30,003 nucleotides of DNA, taken from the NCBI RefSeq assembly GCF_006345805.1, contig NW_021832663.1, positions 1 to 30,003 of the forward strand, written 5' to 3'. This document shows, in pieces, positions 8,961 to 21,984 of this stretch. Each line of letters begins with the position of its first letter. Position 1 is the first letter of the stretch. The notes under the pieces were generated by a model, which made no database searches, was not told the DNA's origin, and saw nothing but the letters and a program-made list of their open reading frames with translations. Position numbers and translations under genes: made by a program. Source of the stretch: Octopus sinensis (lineage: Eukaryota).

Positions 8961-10896
8961 TCCTTTTTTATGGATAACTTTTGCTGAATACGTTACAAGT
9001 AAAACCAAAATTACTTTCTTGAAATCCATATTTCAATAAATTGGAACATTTTTTAAATCTTCCGTTATTTCTCAAAAAAAGAAGTCTGATTTGGTCTAAA
9101 AGAGCATTCTAGACAATCGACTAACCAAGGCCTTGATCAATTACCTGGTCAATTACTTTTTAGGAGAGTTTTTTAAAATTTATCTGAAAAAATTTGACAA
9201 CCATATGTAATTTTGAATATTTCGATGAAGTAAGTCTGTTGTGATTCCTTAAAAATCATATGATTGAGCGGATTGCTACTCACCTCTTTATAATCTACCC
9301 GCAACCCGAGAATGAGCTTTTTTTGTAATATATTCTGTAATTTTGGCAAAACTGTTGATGGTTTTTCAGGAAACAGTTAATTTCTGGAAAAAAGTTAATG
9401 CTTGGTTTCAACACTAATGCTTGGAGCATCAACACGAATGCTTCAATTTCGACGTTAAATATTGGAAACTCTATATTTGAGTTTTTAAATTTCATTTTCT
9501 TGTTTTATCTGTTTCCAGAACGAAATATTCCGTTGTACCTTTTTATGAAATCCACAAATTCAAAAACTAGTATTAACGGAGACAAAATGCTTCACCGAAT
9601 CCGCAGAACGAATAAAAAATTCAAATACGGTTATTAATTTCCGTTAGAGATAATAAACCAATCCAAGAGGCAAAATGCGTTTCTCCAAATGAACCAAGAT
9701 GCAACATTCAAAGGTAAAAATAGTTCAGTCTGCGTTCACATAGGATGGCTTTGTGGCTTAAAATTTGTAAAATATCTGATAATAACATAAATGAGAGAAT
9801 ATTTGATTACAGACAAACAAAATCACAGAAAGCATGTTTTCTGTCATATCAACAGACTCATCGGAAGATTCTGAGCTGAATTACAGTACCAAAAGTATCG
9901 AACAATTATGTGAACTTTTGCTTTGTTTTATTCGACATAGGAGACGTTGCTTCTATACTGGAAGAAGGTCATCTCGTCTAAACCCTTTTCGTCACATAAA
10001 TAAGGACCGGAAGAGTTTGCACAGAATCATATGTAGCGGTTGAATACAGACTCTGTTGAAAACTGAATTTATATTATACGAGACTGTTTGGGACAATGTT
10101 TGTAAATTTTATTATCTATTTTTATGTTTAGTTTCGGTTTTCGATTTAGTCAATATCTATATTTTATTTGTTAACTGAGTTACTTTTTTCAAATTTTAAT
10201 AATTTAAAAAATTATTGAATTAACAAAAGTAATCATTAAGAATTTCAGATCTTAAACAAAGAATTTAGATGATTTGGAGTGATAAATCCGATTTATCACT
10301 CCGGACACTTAGAACGGGCCTAGACATTATAACTTACGACAATATTTAATCTATAAACATAAAAATTTGATTTCTACAGAAATGGATTTAAAGTATATGT
10401 AATATTCACTTTGTCTTCCGAGGTCAAATAATCCGTAGGGTATATTGTGATTTTTTTCAAATTAATAGACTAATTATTTTAAATAAAGAATCCCGAATTT
10501 GTAGAATGCGTGTGTTTAAATAATAGAGGTCTGTATTTTCGTCTGTGTGTTGGATAACAAGAAAAAAATTGAGATAGAAGGGTGCTGGTAGACTTGGAAT
10601 TACGTGCAAGTCGTCTCTGTTCGGCAATGAAAAAGTCTTCAATCAGAATGAGGCCGATTCTCATGATTATTCACAGCAACTACAATCTCAAAGAGTTTCT
10701 GACAGGATATTGACTTATTTCAAATAAATCATAGAGTTATTGGACAAATAACATGAGCTCTTCTGCGATTTAAAAAGTTCGAAATCTAGCCTTTTAAGAC
10801 GGTAATTGTATTTTTATTAATCCAATAGCTAAATTCATATCATCTCAAACAAATAATTTCACTATCAAAGTAAAACATAATTAAAGAAAAATAAAA

Positions 10897-12848
10897 TCAT
10901 GACATTGGATGGTCCGCATCCGCAAACTTATCCCTCCTTTCCTTAGCTCTATCGCGGTACTTCGTCTGCCCCATGTCGACTTGAATTCCCCCCAATTTAG
11001 CCGAAACAGTCTCGCCAGGATGCCCCTTCTCGTTGTAAAATTCTTGCAATTTTGTCTAAAAATGCACTAAAAAATATACCAAATGCAATTTTGAAATCTT
11101 GACATGTTTTTCCAGCACAGTTTTATCCGTAAACTGCCTTCTGCACAAAAGACACACCAAACGAGTCCAATTCACAAAATTTTCACATTTTGTAGCTTCC
11201 TGACTTTCCACTGGTAGTACAAACTGAGTCGCACTTTCAACATTTCCATCAGTCGCTGACACATCACTCACATTTGACGACTTCTGAGCCGCTGCCCATT
11301 TCTTCATATCACGTTGAATTTTTTTGGCTGCCTTCACCTCAGCACTTTGCTTCTTTGCCTCAGATTTCTTTTCTGGTTGTTCTTTCTGTTCAACATGGAC
11401 CACATACGAAGTCCCATTCCAATACAAATATTGGCCAGTCATTGTGTTATAGAAATACTTTATATATATATTAAACTCTATACTTTAGAATTTGGGTCAT
11501 AGTACATCCCTGTAGACGTGTCGTAGTAATAACCCGACGTCTCATCGTAGACATATGAAGACTCCTCTAATAAGGCGTTAATAACAGTCACTCAAAATTG
11601 TCAGAGTACATACGATTCTGAGAAGTGACTGAACTCGATTGACTCATCCCTTTATTCATTGCCGCCTGAGCTGCCGCTGCTCCAACATTACTTGTGTCTG
11701 CTTGGTACATTTGCATCCCCGCCTCCACCCTCTTCTCTTCCAAGTGATGCAATGAGGCAATTCTACCATACTAATTATTAGCAAACATACATTGTCGCAA
11801 ATGTGTTACGAGCGTAGTTTACTAGTAGCTGTTTCCCGTCAATTTCGACAGGTTTTGTGCCAAGACTGAGTTCTTCCATAACTTTCCGTGCTTCAGTGAC
11901 CGTGGAGAATTCAACAAAGGCAAATCCCTTCGAAACCGAGGTCTCCATATCCCTCATCACATACAAATTCTTCAATGGTGTAGTCGTCCACTTGTTCCAG
12001 TTCAATATTAACGAATTTTCGTCAGTCAATGTGTCTAAACCCCGCAAAACGAGAGCTTTCAATCATAAAATGAGACGAACTATTGCAGGGGTTATTCCCA
12101 ATTTGATTATCCCCCTGCTCTGCCAAAACTTCTCCCTTGGACACAGAACATCGAAAGCAAAAAAATCGTTTTTTGAAGTTGTGTGTGTTGCACTTTGTGC
12201 AAGTCCAATCCTGGGAGACTGACTCTTCCGGATAGAGTGAGGACAGTGGTTTGGGTTCACAGTATGTCAAAGAAAGATCATACTTGTCCTGGAAATTCCA
12301 CGTGCCCTTGAAATTACAATAAAGTGAAATTACTTTTGTCCTGTTCATCCAATTTTGGGCTTGTTCGGGCGTTTGGAAGTCAAGGAAAGCAAAACCGCGA
12401 GAAATTCCTGAGAATTTGTTTATTTTTGTTAAAACCAGTGTCTTTTCGTTTGATAACTCGAATGTCTTGGACAGGAATACATTCTTTGACCATTTCGTCC
12501 ATAATCTATAAAATTGGTACATTTGTTGCTTTTTGACATGTTTTTCAGTTATAAACGTTGGAAGGTGACGAATCATTATGGTACAGGTCGGATTGGCAGG
12601 AATGTATCTCTCCTCCTGATTTTCTGACCGAAAAGATTTTCTTTTGGGAGAATATTCGCTGCGGCGATGTCTCCGATGTTCAGATTCTCGTCTTCTTTGT
12701 CTACGTTCGTCGGTACTGTATCTTTTGTGGGAACGGTGATGACGAGATCTAGAACTCCTGACACTGTTTAAATAATGTTTTATAATTGATACCGATCGTG
12801 GGAGTTTTCTCTAGAATCGGAACTAGATGTGGTGCTAACTCTTGACAT
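10897..12848 (-). CDS. RBM5/10: RBM5/RBM10-family splicing regulator (RS-rich N-term, RRM1, RanBP2 ZnF, RRM2, OCRE, C2H2 ZnF), multi-exon
   Basis: ATG 12848 (MSRVSTT). Motifs: [93 protein letters not shown]...[21 protein letters not shown]. Tiny GT-AG introns include 12764-12792 (29 nt) and 11056-11079 (24 nt). In-frame stop TGA at 10897-10899. Confidence 0.9.
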
Positions 12849-13109
12849 TATGTGTAACCACAACAAGTATATGATAAATAACGTATTATTTTTTTAATTA
12901 ATTGAAATTGACTTATTAAAAAATTATTACCTTTTTTGATAATAATCTATTCATCACATCAATAAAAATTAGTTAAATTTCATCAAATAGTTTTATAATT
13001 TTTAATAATTTTTTTTAGAAATTATATAGTTAATTTATCATATTTTATACTATTTTTCTATCTTAATAATCTTTAAAAAATAAATAAAATTTTATGATTA
13101 TTTTGTTCA
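12849..13109. promoter_or_regulatory. Putative bidirectional promoter between divergent RBM5/10 and RhoGEF genes
   Basis: About 260 nt of almost pure A/T between the two divergent start codons; assigned by position only. Confidence 0.4.
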
Positions 13110-15828
13110 ATGTTTTCTAAAATGTATCTTCTCAAGAAAAATGAATCGAAACTGATTTCCGACACTTCAAATTTACGTCCTTCGTCGGAAAATGTTTATA
13201 GTGGTACTCGTTCACAAAATAATTTTAGTTAATTCAAACTTTCGTACGACAACCAGAAGTTTTACATCTCATTCAACCGAAAATTTAAATAAAATTAATA
13301 TATTCAGTAGCTTCTCATTATCAACGTGTAATAATGATCAAACCAATTCATTTAACTTACCAAATTTATCTTCTCTTATGGAGAGAATAACAATTAATAG
13401 GTTAATCTATTTGTTACTATTGATAACTTGTCATAAATTGCGATAAGAATATAACATTTAGTTCTTCTGCCAACTTTTCTGAATTTTCAGAACAAGCTGA
13501 ATCTGAAAATAAAATAACTCAAATATGTCGAGAACTAGTTTTGCTGGAAACAAAATATCTTGAAAATCTACGTTTTATATTTGAGGTCTGAGTTTTTATA
13601 AATATGAACAGGACTATAAATTGGTTTTAAAAAAGTCAATTCCACCTATAGTTTGTGAAAATGAAATTAATTCGATATTTTCAAACGTCCATGAACTTTA
13701 TTTTCACCATGAATCATTTAAAAGTTGTCTAATTAACAATAATACGGAAATTGTTTCAGCTTACGATAGATTTGTGCCTTTCTATTATTATATCTTTAGT
13801 TTAGCAAAGTTTCCGTTCTTTCTACATATCAAAATTACATATTTTCTTATCCACAAATAAAGTCGGCAATCATATCTTTGATAAGAACAAATCGAAATTT
13901 TAGAACATTTTGCAAAGTTTAGTATTTTAAACATTAAAGAATAACGCCAGGTTACATTTTTCGAAGTTTACATTAACTCAAATTATCGTATTACCAATTC
14001 AACAGCTCCCCCGATATAAACTTATTTTTGAGGTTTTTTTGTTATTATTAATATTTAAGCGACTTTACAAATATTCAGAGTCCGAAAGCATTCTTCGTAG
14101 TAAAATCAGTTCGACGTTAAATAAACTTGAGAATATTTAAAAATACTTAATTCATTACATAATACTAGAAATGATCCATTCCATTCATTTCCAATCTTTT
14201 TGCAGGCTAAATAATAAAATTTTATCTTTTAGGGATTCGCTGGAGAGTACCAACTGCAAATTACTAATGACAGACTGACTATGAAAACAGCACAAGAGTA
14301 TTTATTGAAAATTAAATTTTAAAGAAAAAGTGGTATTTTTGGAGTTTCATTAGACTGTGTTCGACTTATAAGTAGATAATTAAATATTTTTGTAGGAAAA
14401 TCAAATAAAAGAATAAATATGTCTAAAAAAGCAAAGAAAGTAACACATAACGAGTTTTTTTATAGAACGAATATCATGAACTCTCATTAAATTTATTAAT
14501 TTCTGAAAAAGGGTATTAATATAAAATGATAAATTTGTTTCGTAGAGATGACAAAATTTATAAAATCATTTTCAAAAATTCTCAAGACTTTTTGGATTTT
14601 GAGAAATATTTTGAACTCAAATCGGGAAATTTTTCTATTCCAAACAAAATAGATAGATTTCCGATGAAAGAACCTTTTTTGGTCGCTAAAATCGGGTTCC
14701 AATTAGAAGATTTACATGTATAATTAAAGAAAATAATTACATAGTGCGCCACAATATTTGAAAAGTACGTTTTAATAACAGGATTAAACGTTTGGAAGCA
14801 ACCAATTTTAAAAATATTTAAAATTTCCCACATTTTGGAGCAAGCTTATATGTTTTCGGATCTTTATCCTGACGGGGTTTTGATTTCATCCGGAAAACTC
14901 GAAACCAAAATTTCAACTATTTCCATAATTGACGGAGCCAAAACTCTTGCTATTGGAACTGATGACGGAAAGTTGTTCTGGTTGGATCATTTTAGTTTAT
15001 TTATCCTAAACTTTAATGAAGAGTGGGAATTAAGTGAACAAGGACAACGAATTAGAACTGATTGGAATCGGATTCTTCTTGTAAAGGCCATTCCGAAATC
15101 CCAAAAATTAGATTACAGGTTGCTTATTTGCAGTCAGAATGGAATTGCATTAATGAAAGACGTGGATAAATGTATTTAAGTTTTATTGACTTTAAAGGTT
15201 TTTCAAAATTGACGGTCAAAGCTAAAATTATTTTAAAATTTAATCAAAAAATTATTTGTTGTGAGTTTTCTAAGGAAACAGGTAAACTTTGGTGTTGCTT
15301 TGCCGGGAAAATATTAATTTATGACGTTTTTGAACTTGCTACAATTATTGTTAACCGTTTATTTATATGTTTAGAAAGAAATTCCGTTAAATGATTTAAA
15401 TTTTATCAAAATCCTCGAATATAGCGTATGGGCCATCGAAGATTTTGCAGCCAAATTATTCAACGTCGCCACATTTGAGGACTTAGTTTTTGTCAAACAA
15501 AAAAAACCAGAGGATGGAAAAATTGGTTAAACATGTTTCTTAAATATTCATTTTTAGTTTTGGCAGAAATTTTGTCAAATGTATTGTTGTTGCTCATGGA
15601 ATCTAAGGAATTATTGATATTTCACATTGGGTCTGTCACTCCATTTTCTAGAAAATTAGATTTTCCACAAGAATTGCCATGTAACTGTACTGATGGTATT
15701 TAGGTTTGAGAATACATTTTGGATACAATATTTTCATTATATTGACAATAAACATAAACGGATTATTTTTTGCTGCATTAAATAGTGAGAATTGCATAGA
15801 TTCTTTACAACTTTATAAAATGATTTGA
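13110..15828 (+). CDS. Dbl-homology RhoGEF with C-terminal beta-propeller-like region (ARHGEF10/ARHGEF17-like), multi-exon; ends approximate
   Basis: Spliced DH motifs: ICRELVLLETKYLENLRFI, INSIFSNVHELYFHHESF, NSIIVLPIQQLPRYKLIFE. Downstream propeller-like segments: TLAIGTDDGKLFW, KLWCCFAGKILIYD. Many 23-30 nt GT-AG introns. Exon structure at the 3' end is unresolved. Confidence 0.75.
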
Positions 15829-16084
15829 TTTCATTATGTTTGTTTTTTTACCATTTTTATGTTTTTAAATCGAGGTAAATAAATGACTATATAAATTCTT
15901 TCCTCAAAATGTTTTCTATATTTAAGAAACTTTTAGAGTGAAGCGAAACCAAGTAAGCGAGTTCAATTCAGTTAGTAAATGTCATTGAGTGCAGATTCTA
16001 GGTTCAATAAGTAAGGGTACAAACTAGTAAATAAGATAAGAAAGGTTTATTTTCACAAAAAAGATATCGGACATAAAGTTAAGG

Positions 16085-16370
16085 GCCAGTAGGAGGCTTT
16101 ACTCACAAAGTCGTCCACCGCTATTTCCTTCTCCTCTCTAGAAACTTTTGGAACTGGCTTTCGACAAGGTCACCAATCATAGGAAAAGTTTCCTGAAAGC
16201 TCGGTATTTGCTCTCTTAGATTTACGTCAAAGGCCACCGTGAGCGCTAGTCTCCTCATTTTTTCCAGTAGCCTTAAATCCACCCTTCCAGCACATACATC
16301 AGCACGGGAAGAATGGCTACTCGGAAGATGAATAGCACCGTCTCAAGAGGTAGGCGAATTAAACTAGAAA
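16085..16370 (-). mobile_element. LINE 3' (RT thumb) relic
   Basis: LPLETVLFIFRVAILPVLMYVLEGW resembles the LYKxxxxPxLxYGxExW motif. It is followed in a shifted frame by LRLLEKMRRLAL. Confidence 0.45.
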
Positions 16371-16496
16371 AAAAGGTACACTAAACCATATGTAAAATAC
16401 GGAGAAGGCATTCCAGAAAAAAAGAGTAGATCATATGGTCATAAATAATTATTTGAATAAAAAATTGTAAAAATATTAATAATAAAGCAAGTTTCA

Positions 16497-17477
16497 TCAA
16501 ATTATATTCCCATTAAGCGCAAGTTCGGATTCAACCGCAGATCTCAAATTTGAGGAAATCGAATGGGGAAACACAATATCAAAACGAACTTTCAAAAATC
16601 CTAGCTGCGAGGGGGATTTAACATAAGGAAGTCCCTCATTAGCAATCTTATAATCAGAATCAGGATTCACCGGAGAATGAAGAACCACTGATATTTTTCG
16701 CCCTCCCAACAAAGGAACAGTAATAGGCCGACCCAACAGTGCATCATACAGGGATATTTTCAATACATAAATCAAATTCTCCCCCTCACGTTTAAAAAGA
16801 GGATGAGGCTTGTCGCATATTTCAAAAACTATATTTGCAGGCAATCTCTGCGGGTTGATATCATCCCCAGCTCCCTCAAATGTAATTTTGGTCCCTGCCT
16901 TCCATCCAGGCTTTATTTTAATATCATAAATCTTCTCCTGCTGTACGCAGGAACCGTTCACTAGACATTTCCTCATGACTTTGACGTGCTTTGTTGTGCC
17001 AGTTTTTATGTCTTCCAGCGAAACTTGTAGTCGCTGCAACAAATCGGGATCTCTCTGCTTCCTTTGCATTGAAGGTCCACGATGACCAAATGAAGCTCCA
17101 AAAGGGCCTCCAAAAGGGCCACCAAAAGGACTAAATGTACTTCCATTTTCAAACATAGAAAAAGGATCATCCCCTCCAAAAAAACTACTAAACATGCTAA
17201 AAGCATCCCCAGTTGAGAAATGCGCTCCAAATCCATTGGCTTGACCACCACAAGAGTTTTTAAGTCCTTCTTCTCCATACTGGTCGTATATAGCTCTCTT
17301 ATTTTTATCAGAAAGCACACTGAAGGCTTCAGACACAGCCTTGAACTTCTCTTCGGCGTCAGGAGATTTATTTTTGTCAGGATGAAACTTGAGTGCCATT
17401 TTTTTGTACGCTTTCTTCAGCTGATCATCGTTAGCATCACGAGAAACACCAAGAATCTTATAATAATCAGCACCCAT
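16497..17477 (-). CDS. DNAJB: Class II Hsp40 / DnaJ subfamily B (DNAJB1/4/5-like), intronless, 326 aa
   Basis: J-domain with HPD ([16 protein letters not shown]), G/F-rich linker with [11 protein letters not shown], and C-terminal domain [15 protein letters not shown]...[10 protein letters not shown]...EGLP. Confidence 0.95.
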   Translation of the reverse strand: MGADYYKILGVSRDANDDQLKKAYKKMALKFHPDKNKSPDAEEKFKAVSEAFSVLSDKNKRAIYDQYGEEGLKNSCGGQANGFGAHFSTGDAFSMFSSFFGGDDPFSMFENGSTFSPFGGPFGGPFGASFGHRGPSMQRKQRDPDLLQRLQVSLEDIKTGTTKHVKVMRKCLVNGSCVQQEKIYDIKIKPGWKAGTKITFEGAGDDINPQRLPANIVFEICDKPHPLFKREGENLIYVLKISLYDALLGRPITVPLLGGRKISVVLHSPVNPDSDYKIANEGLPYVKSPSQLGFLKVRFDIVFPHSISSNLRSAVESELALNGNII

Positions 17478-18040
17478 TGATATGTACGAAATTGCGCAAC
17501 AACAAAAGTATATTAATTAAATGTAGACTAGAACATTCCAGAACGTTCCAACAGACGCTATTTTTAAATCAATTAATATACACTTTTAACAATTCGTTTT
17601 AATTTAATAAAAACCGTTAATAAATCCTATCCTCGGGTCATGCTAATTAATTAAAACTTTATTTGGTGTTTAATAATAATTTGAAGAATGGAATAAAATT
17701 CATGTTGAAAAAAAAAAGTTAATAAATTGATACAGATTATTCAATTCCATAGTGCTAAAATGTTTATTTTGAATCTATTTAGAGCTTTTTATTGTTTTTG
17801 TGATTTTTTTGACCTCAATGTTTGTCACAGGTATTTGTAGCTAAAACTATAGCTTTTTATGCATGATCACAAGTAGCAGAGTTTTACATTTGAAGTGTAT
17901 TTCTGCGCAATAAGGAGTTTTAAATTAATTTTTGAATCGATCTTTATGATATTTACTATTTTTTAATCCTTAACTATCATAAAAATAGTTTTTGATATTT
18001 TACTATAAATTCTTATTTTATTTAAATAAAATTAATAGTA

Positions 18041-19774
18041 TCAAATTTGTACGCATTGAATTACTCCATATTCGAGAAGAAGAGAGAATAAAATAAATAT
18101 AACATATCCAAACATCATTGTAAGCCCAAGAAACTTTGACAATTTCCAACGGAAAGCAGCTATGATTAAAATTACACAGACAAGCATAGCCAATAACATT
18201 GAAATTGAGCAAACCAGTCCTTTACTATTGACACTGACAGGGCTTTTAAACACCATCCAATAGATAAGCCACGGAAATGGAAGTCTATCAAGTCAAAAAT
18301 AAATAAAACCCAACACAAGAATCAAAAATGTTACTCCCAACTGAACTAGAAACTGCCATGTCTCCAAACCCTTTTTTAGCCACGACATAGCTGCTTATCA
18401 AATCAGGAATGCTTGTTCCCGCTGCAAGGATTGTTAGTCCCATGACCTTATCATTATTGAGGATATTTCTAAACAAACTGTGCTCGGGATTCCCAGAGTC
18501 AAACCAATTTGATTGGCCCACCACACCATCAAATACGAGAATATACCAATCCAGATAATACTTCCTATAAACCCCAAAGGTGCAAATCTTTGTAATTTCT
18601 ACAATTTATTACTGATTTGTTACCTTTCTTTTAATATCTGGGACTGTTATGTAAAGTAGCACTGTTATTGGTAGTAAAACTATAAAGGCGGCTCTTTTTC
18701 CATTAGAACTAGGCCAAGATAAACTACGTTCTTCGCCATCATCGACAAATGTTACCTAAGAATTAAGTATTGGTGTATTTTTACTTGTTGAGGCTGATCC
18801 ACGAGGTCCAAGTCAATAGTGACCTCATTTTTTCTGATAGGTTCGGTTGGTTTCTAAATAAGGTTTAAAAATCAAACTTTGACTTCCTGGGTTTCCACTG
18901 CCATTTGATTCATCTTAGCCTTCACCACGTTAGCCATGCAAGGTTCTTGGAAAATGATAAAATTGAAAATAACTTTCATTCTTTGGTAAAATGTTGCTGG
19001 CTAAAAGTATCTGGTAAATTCCCCTTCTAAATTGACTCCTTCTTCCATGGATCACCGAGATCTAAGAAAGTCAAATCTGTTTAATTTCACCATAGAACAC
19101 TTCCTTTCGTCCTCGGGAGGAGGTTTTTGATGAAGAATTTTAGTTTTTACAAACATTTCCATAAAAGTATTAAACTTCATAAAAACCACATATAATATAT
19201 ACCAAACAAACAAAATTAAAGCTTCCCACCAATAAATAAACCCATCAAGGAAAAATGCCACCGTCATCACCAGAGATACTATATAGAATGTGACATCACG
19301 AAAGAGTGGCCACCAAGAAAGGACAAGCACAGTTCCACTTGCAAGAGTACAAATGCTGATCACAAACATCAAGTTAAACACAGCTGAGCCGACAATGGTT
19401 CCAATCCCCACATCATTCTTGGCTAGGAAGACACCAATGATAGAAGTAAATAATTCAGGAGCACTCCCGCCCGCTGCCATAAAAGTAGCCCCTGCCACAT
19501 CTTCGCTGATTTGTAGTTTTTTAGCGATTATTTCCAACGATGGAACAAAATATTCATCACAGACAATGGCCAAAGCAATAAACATGTAAATAACGCCAAT
19601 CAAGTGAAGGATAACTGCCCCTTTTCTTCTCTGACAATTATCAAATAAATCGACGGGGTAGTCCCCGTAAACGGGATCGGCACATCCGCCGGTGTTATTT
19701 ACTGCCAGCAATTTAAGGGCTTGTACGTCCTGGAAAAAGAAAAGTAGGCCAAGCAATATAATTTTTTTCACCAT
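18041..19774 (-). CDS. SLC24A: K+-dependent Na+/Ca2+ exchanger (NCKX, SLC24A1/2-like), multi-exon
   Basis: Signal peptide, then [19 protein letters not shown] and alpha-1 repeat [19 protein letters not shown]...[10 protein letters not shown]. Alpha-2 repeat: [15 protein letters not shown]...[16 protein letters not shown] 32-nt intron at 18447-18478 joins GIPST|VMGL. Stop at 18041-18043. Confidence 0.95.
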
Positions 19775-20486
19775 TGATTAATCTAGTTCAATTAAATATA
19801 TTCAAGTTGTGAAAACCGTATCTAATCACTCAATTAGACACACATAAATAGCAATTATATATTATTCGTTTTTATTTGACATATTTTATTGATTATCTAT
19901 TTTTGAAAATCAATAAAACAGTTCAAGAGATTGTTGCAAATTAATACTTCAAAATTTCGATAAATAAGAGTTCTCTGAGTGATCATTCCGAGGCTTAGTG
20001 CTTAATTAATAAATCAATGTAATAAACACGAAATCTTTATTTATGACAAGATAAGAAATAAAATCGTTTAGAAAAATTCTATGAAAGATTAATTGACTGA
20101 AAAGTATAGAATACTATACACCTTTGGATATAGTTCGTTTAGCCATTTTCAACGTTTTATGAAAAATATATAAAATTTTAGGAATCAATATCGGTCAAGA
20201 ACAAATATTTAGATTGTAATTTTAAAAGAAAAAATCACTTAACATCAGAATGGTCTTCAGGTTTATCATTAACAGTCTGTCATTGCACGTTTATAAGAAT
20301 TAATTTAAATTAAGAAAAGGATAAAAACAAAACTCGCGAGAAAAGAGAAATTTAATATGTTCGAACGATGTCAGAATCCAATTAATTATTGTTATTATTG
20401 GCATGTTGCTATTGTTTTATAGACGCATTGTGACATATTTTCTAATAAAAGTAGAGGTACAAGTCTGGGCTGTTCTATTTGAAGAT

Positions 20487-21040
20487 TTATTATTATAGGC
20501 ACTTTCGCGATGGTATGGATCATGACAAAGCTTCTGCAGCACAGGAAACAATAAGAGTAATTCGTTTATTCAATTTCTCGCGATCTCGGGCGACGTCCCG
20601 TAGTGCATCGAGATCGTCCCCGTCCTTCAATTCTTTACCAGCTTTCTTTAGGTCTCTATTCAACGTACCCGGGAGAGTATTTCTTGGTCGCCCACGGAAA
20701 CGATGGCCCCCAGCTTCGAAATAATCCTCCATTGCGGCGTTTGCCGGTGCATTCAAATCCATCCTTAGAATGTGTCCAACCAGCCTCTATCTGTATTCAG
20801 TAATTTCGATTGGTTTGCTTAATGTTCTGGCATAAACTGTTCTCCTACTCAGCCTTGCATGCCACTTGGAGGCTAGAGTACGTCGGAGGTGATCTCTATG
20901 GAAAGAGTCTAGGTTTCATTGTCTGTAGCGTAAAGTCCCCAAGTTCCGGCGTTATATAGAAGTATAGGCTTCACTAGTGAATTGTATAGTCGTATCCGTG
21001 TAGATTTCCCAAATTTCAAGTTTTATCAATGCTTAAGAAT
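20487..21040 (-). mobile_element. RTE-clade LINE, 3' fragment
   Basis: RIRLYNSLVKPILLYNAGTWGL / LDSFHRDHLRR..KW..LSRRTVY / RLVGHILRM...FRGRPRNTLPGTLNRDL...LRDVARDR. Ends in a (TAA)n-like tail at ~20487-20497. Confidence 0.85.
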
Positions 21041-21096
21041 AACGGAAAATTATCAAATAAAGTTAAATTTAATAAATTCTAAATGGATTTTAATAA

Positions 21097-21371
21097 GAGA
21101 TGCCGCGGAAAAAACGATGAGGGCAAAGGAGAGAAAATATGAAGCGCTGCGCGACCGATTCGTGTTCTGTCCGATTGTGGTCGAGACAACTGGAGAAATA
21201 ATTGGGAAATCGCTTCGCTTCCTAAAGAAGCTTGGACGCTTAGCCACATTAAAAAGCCACGACACACGTGAGACCCGGTGGCTTCTCCAGTTGATCTACG
21301 TTGCTATCGTGAGAGGCAACGTAACGTCAATAATGTTGGCTGGGTCCACTTCGGATGGATGGCTTTGTTAA
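21097..21371 (+). mobile_element. Restriction-like-endonuclease (R2/CRE/Hero-type) non-LTR element, 3' fragment
   Basis: AAEKTMRAKERKYEALRDRFVFCPIVVETTG...FLKKLGR...DTRETRWLLQLIYVAIVRGNVTSI matches the REL domain C-terminus (K..KY...F.P.xxET.G ... AIQRGN). Confidence 0.8.
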
Positions 21372-21984
21372 CTTCTAGTAAATTACAATTATTTCATGAG
21401 TAATAAATTGCGTTAGTCCCAAAAAAATAAATAAGACTGTCACAACTAAGTTAAAGAACCAAAAATAAAAAAATAAAGAAAAATACCAAGAGCTACAGAG
21501 TTATCATTTCGCTCGCGAGTACGAACTTAATCTACAAGTAAGTCAACTTTTGAAGATGGCATAATTGATGTATCATACATATTCAAAAATGAATTAATAT
21601 TTATTCTAATTTGCCTCAGAAAATTTGGTAATCATAAAGTTAATCAGATAGCAATTACTCAAAACATCATAGGCTACAAAACAACAAAAAAAGCCATTAA
21701 GATATAAAGTAACAAAAAAATAATTCCAATCCACGTTACCTTATATATATTTGACATACTTTAATTTAACTTGAAAAATATAATAATTAATTAAAATATA
21801 AACATTTTATACATACGATTTATTATAAAATGGCTGTCGGAGATGAAATCTAAAGATTTTTAATTTGAATAAATTTTTAAAGATCATAAAATTATATTTT
21901 TTATAAAATATATTTAAATTTAGTCGATTTATAGTTTTAATTTAAATTTAGTATAAAAATAGTCAGATCTTATACAATTATTAC

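Noticed and set aside
9834-10800. ORFs 9834-10043, 10457-10642, 10479-10664
   Set aside because: No motif recognised in any frame and no G-patch; left unannotated.
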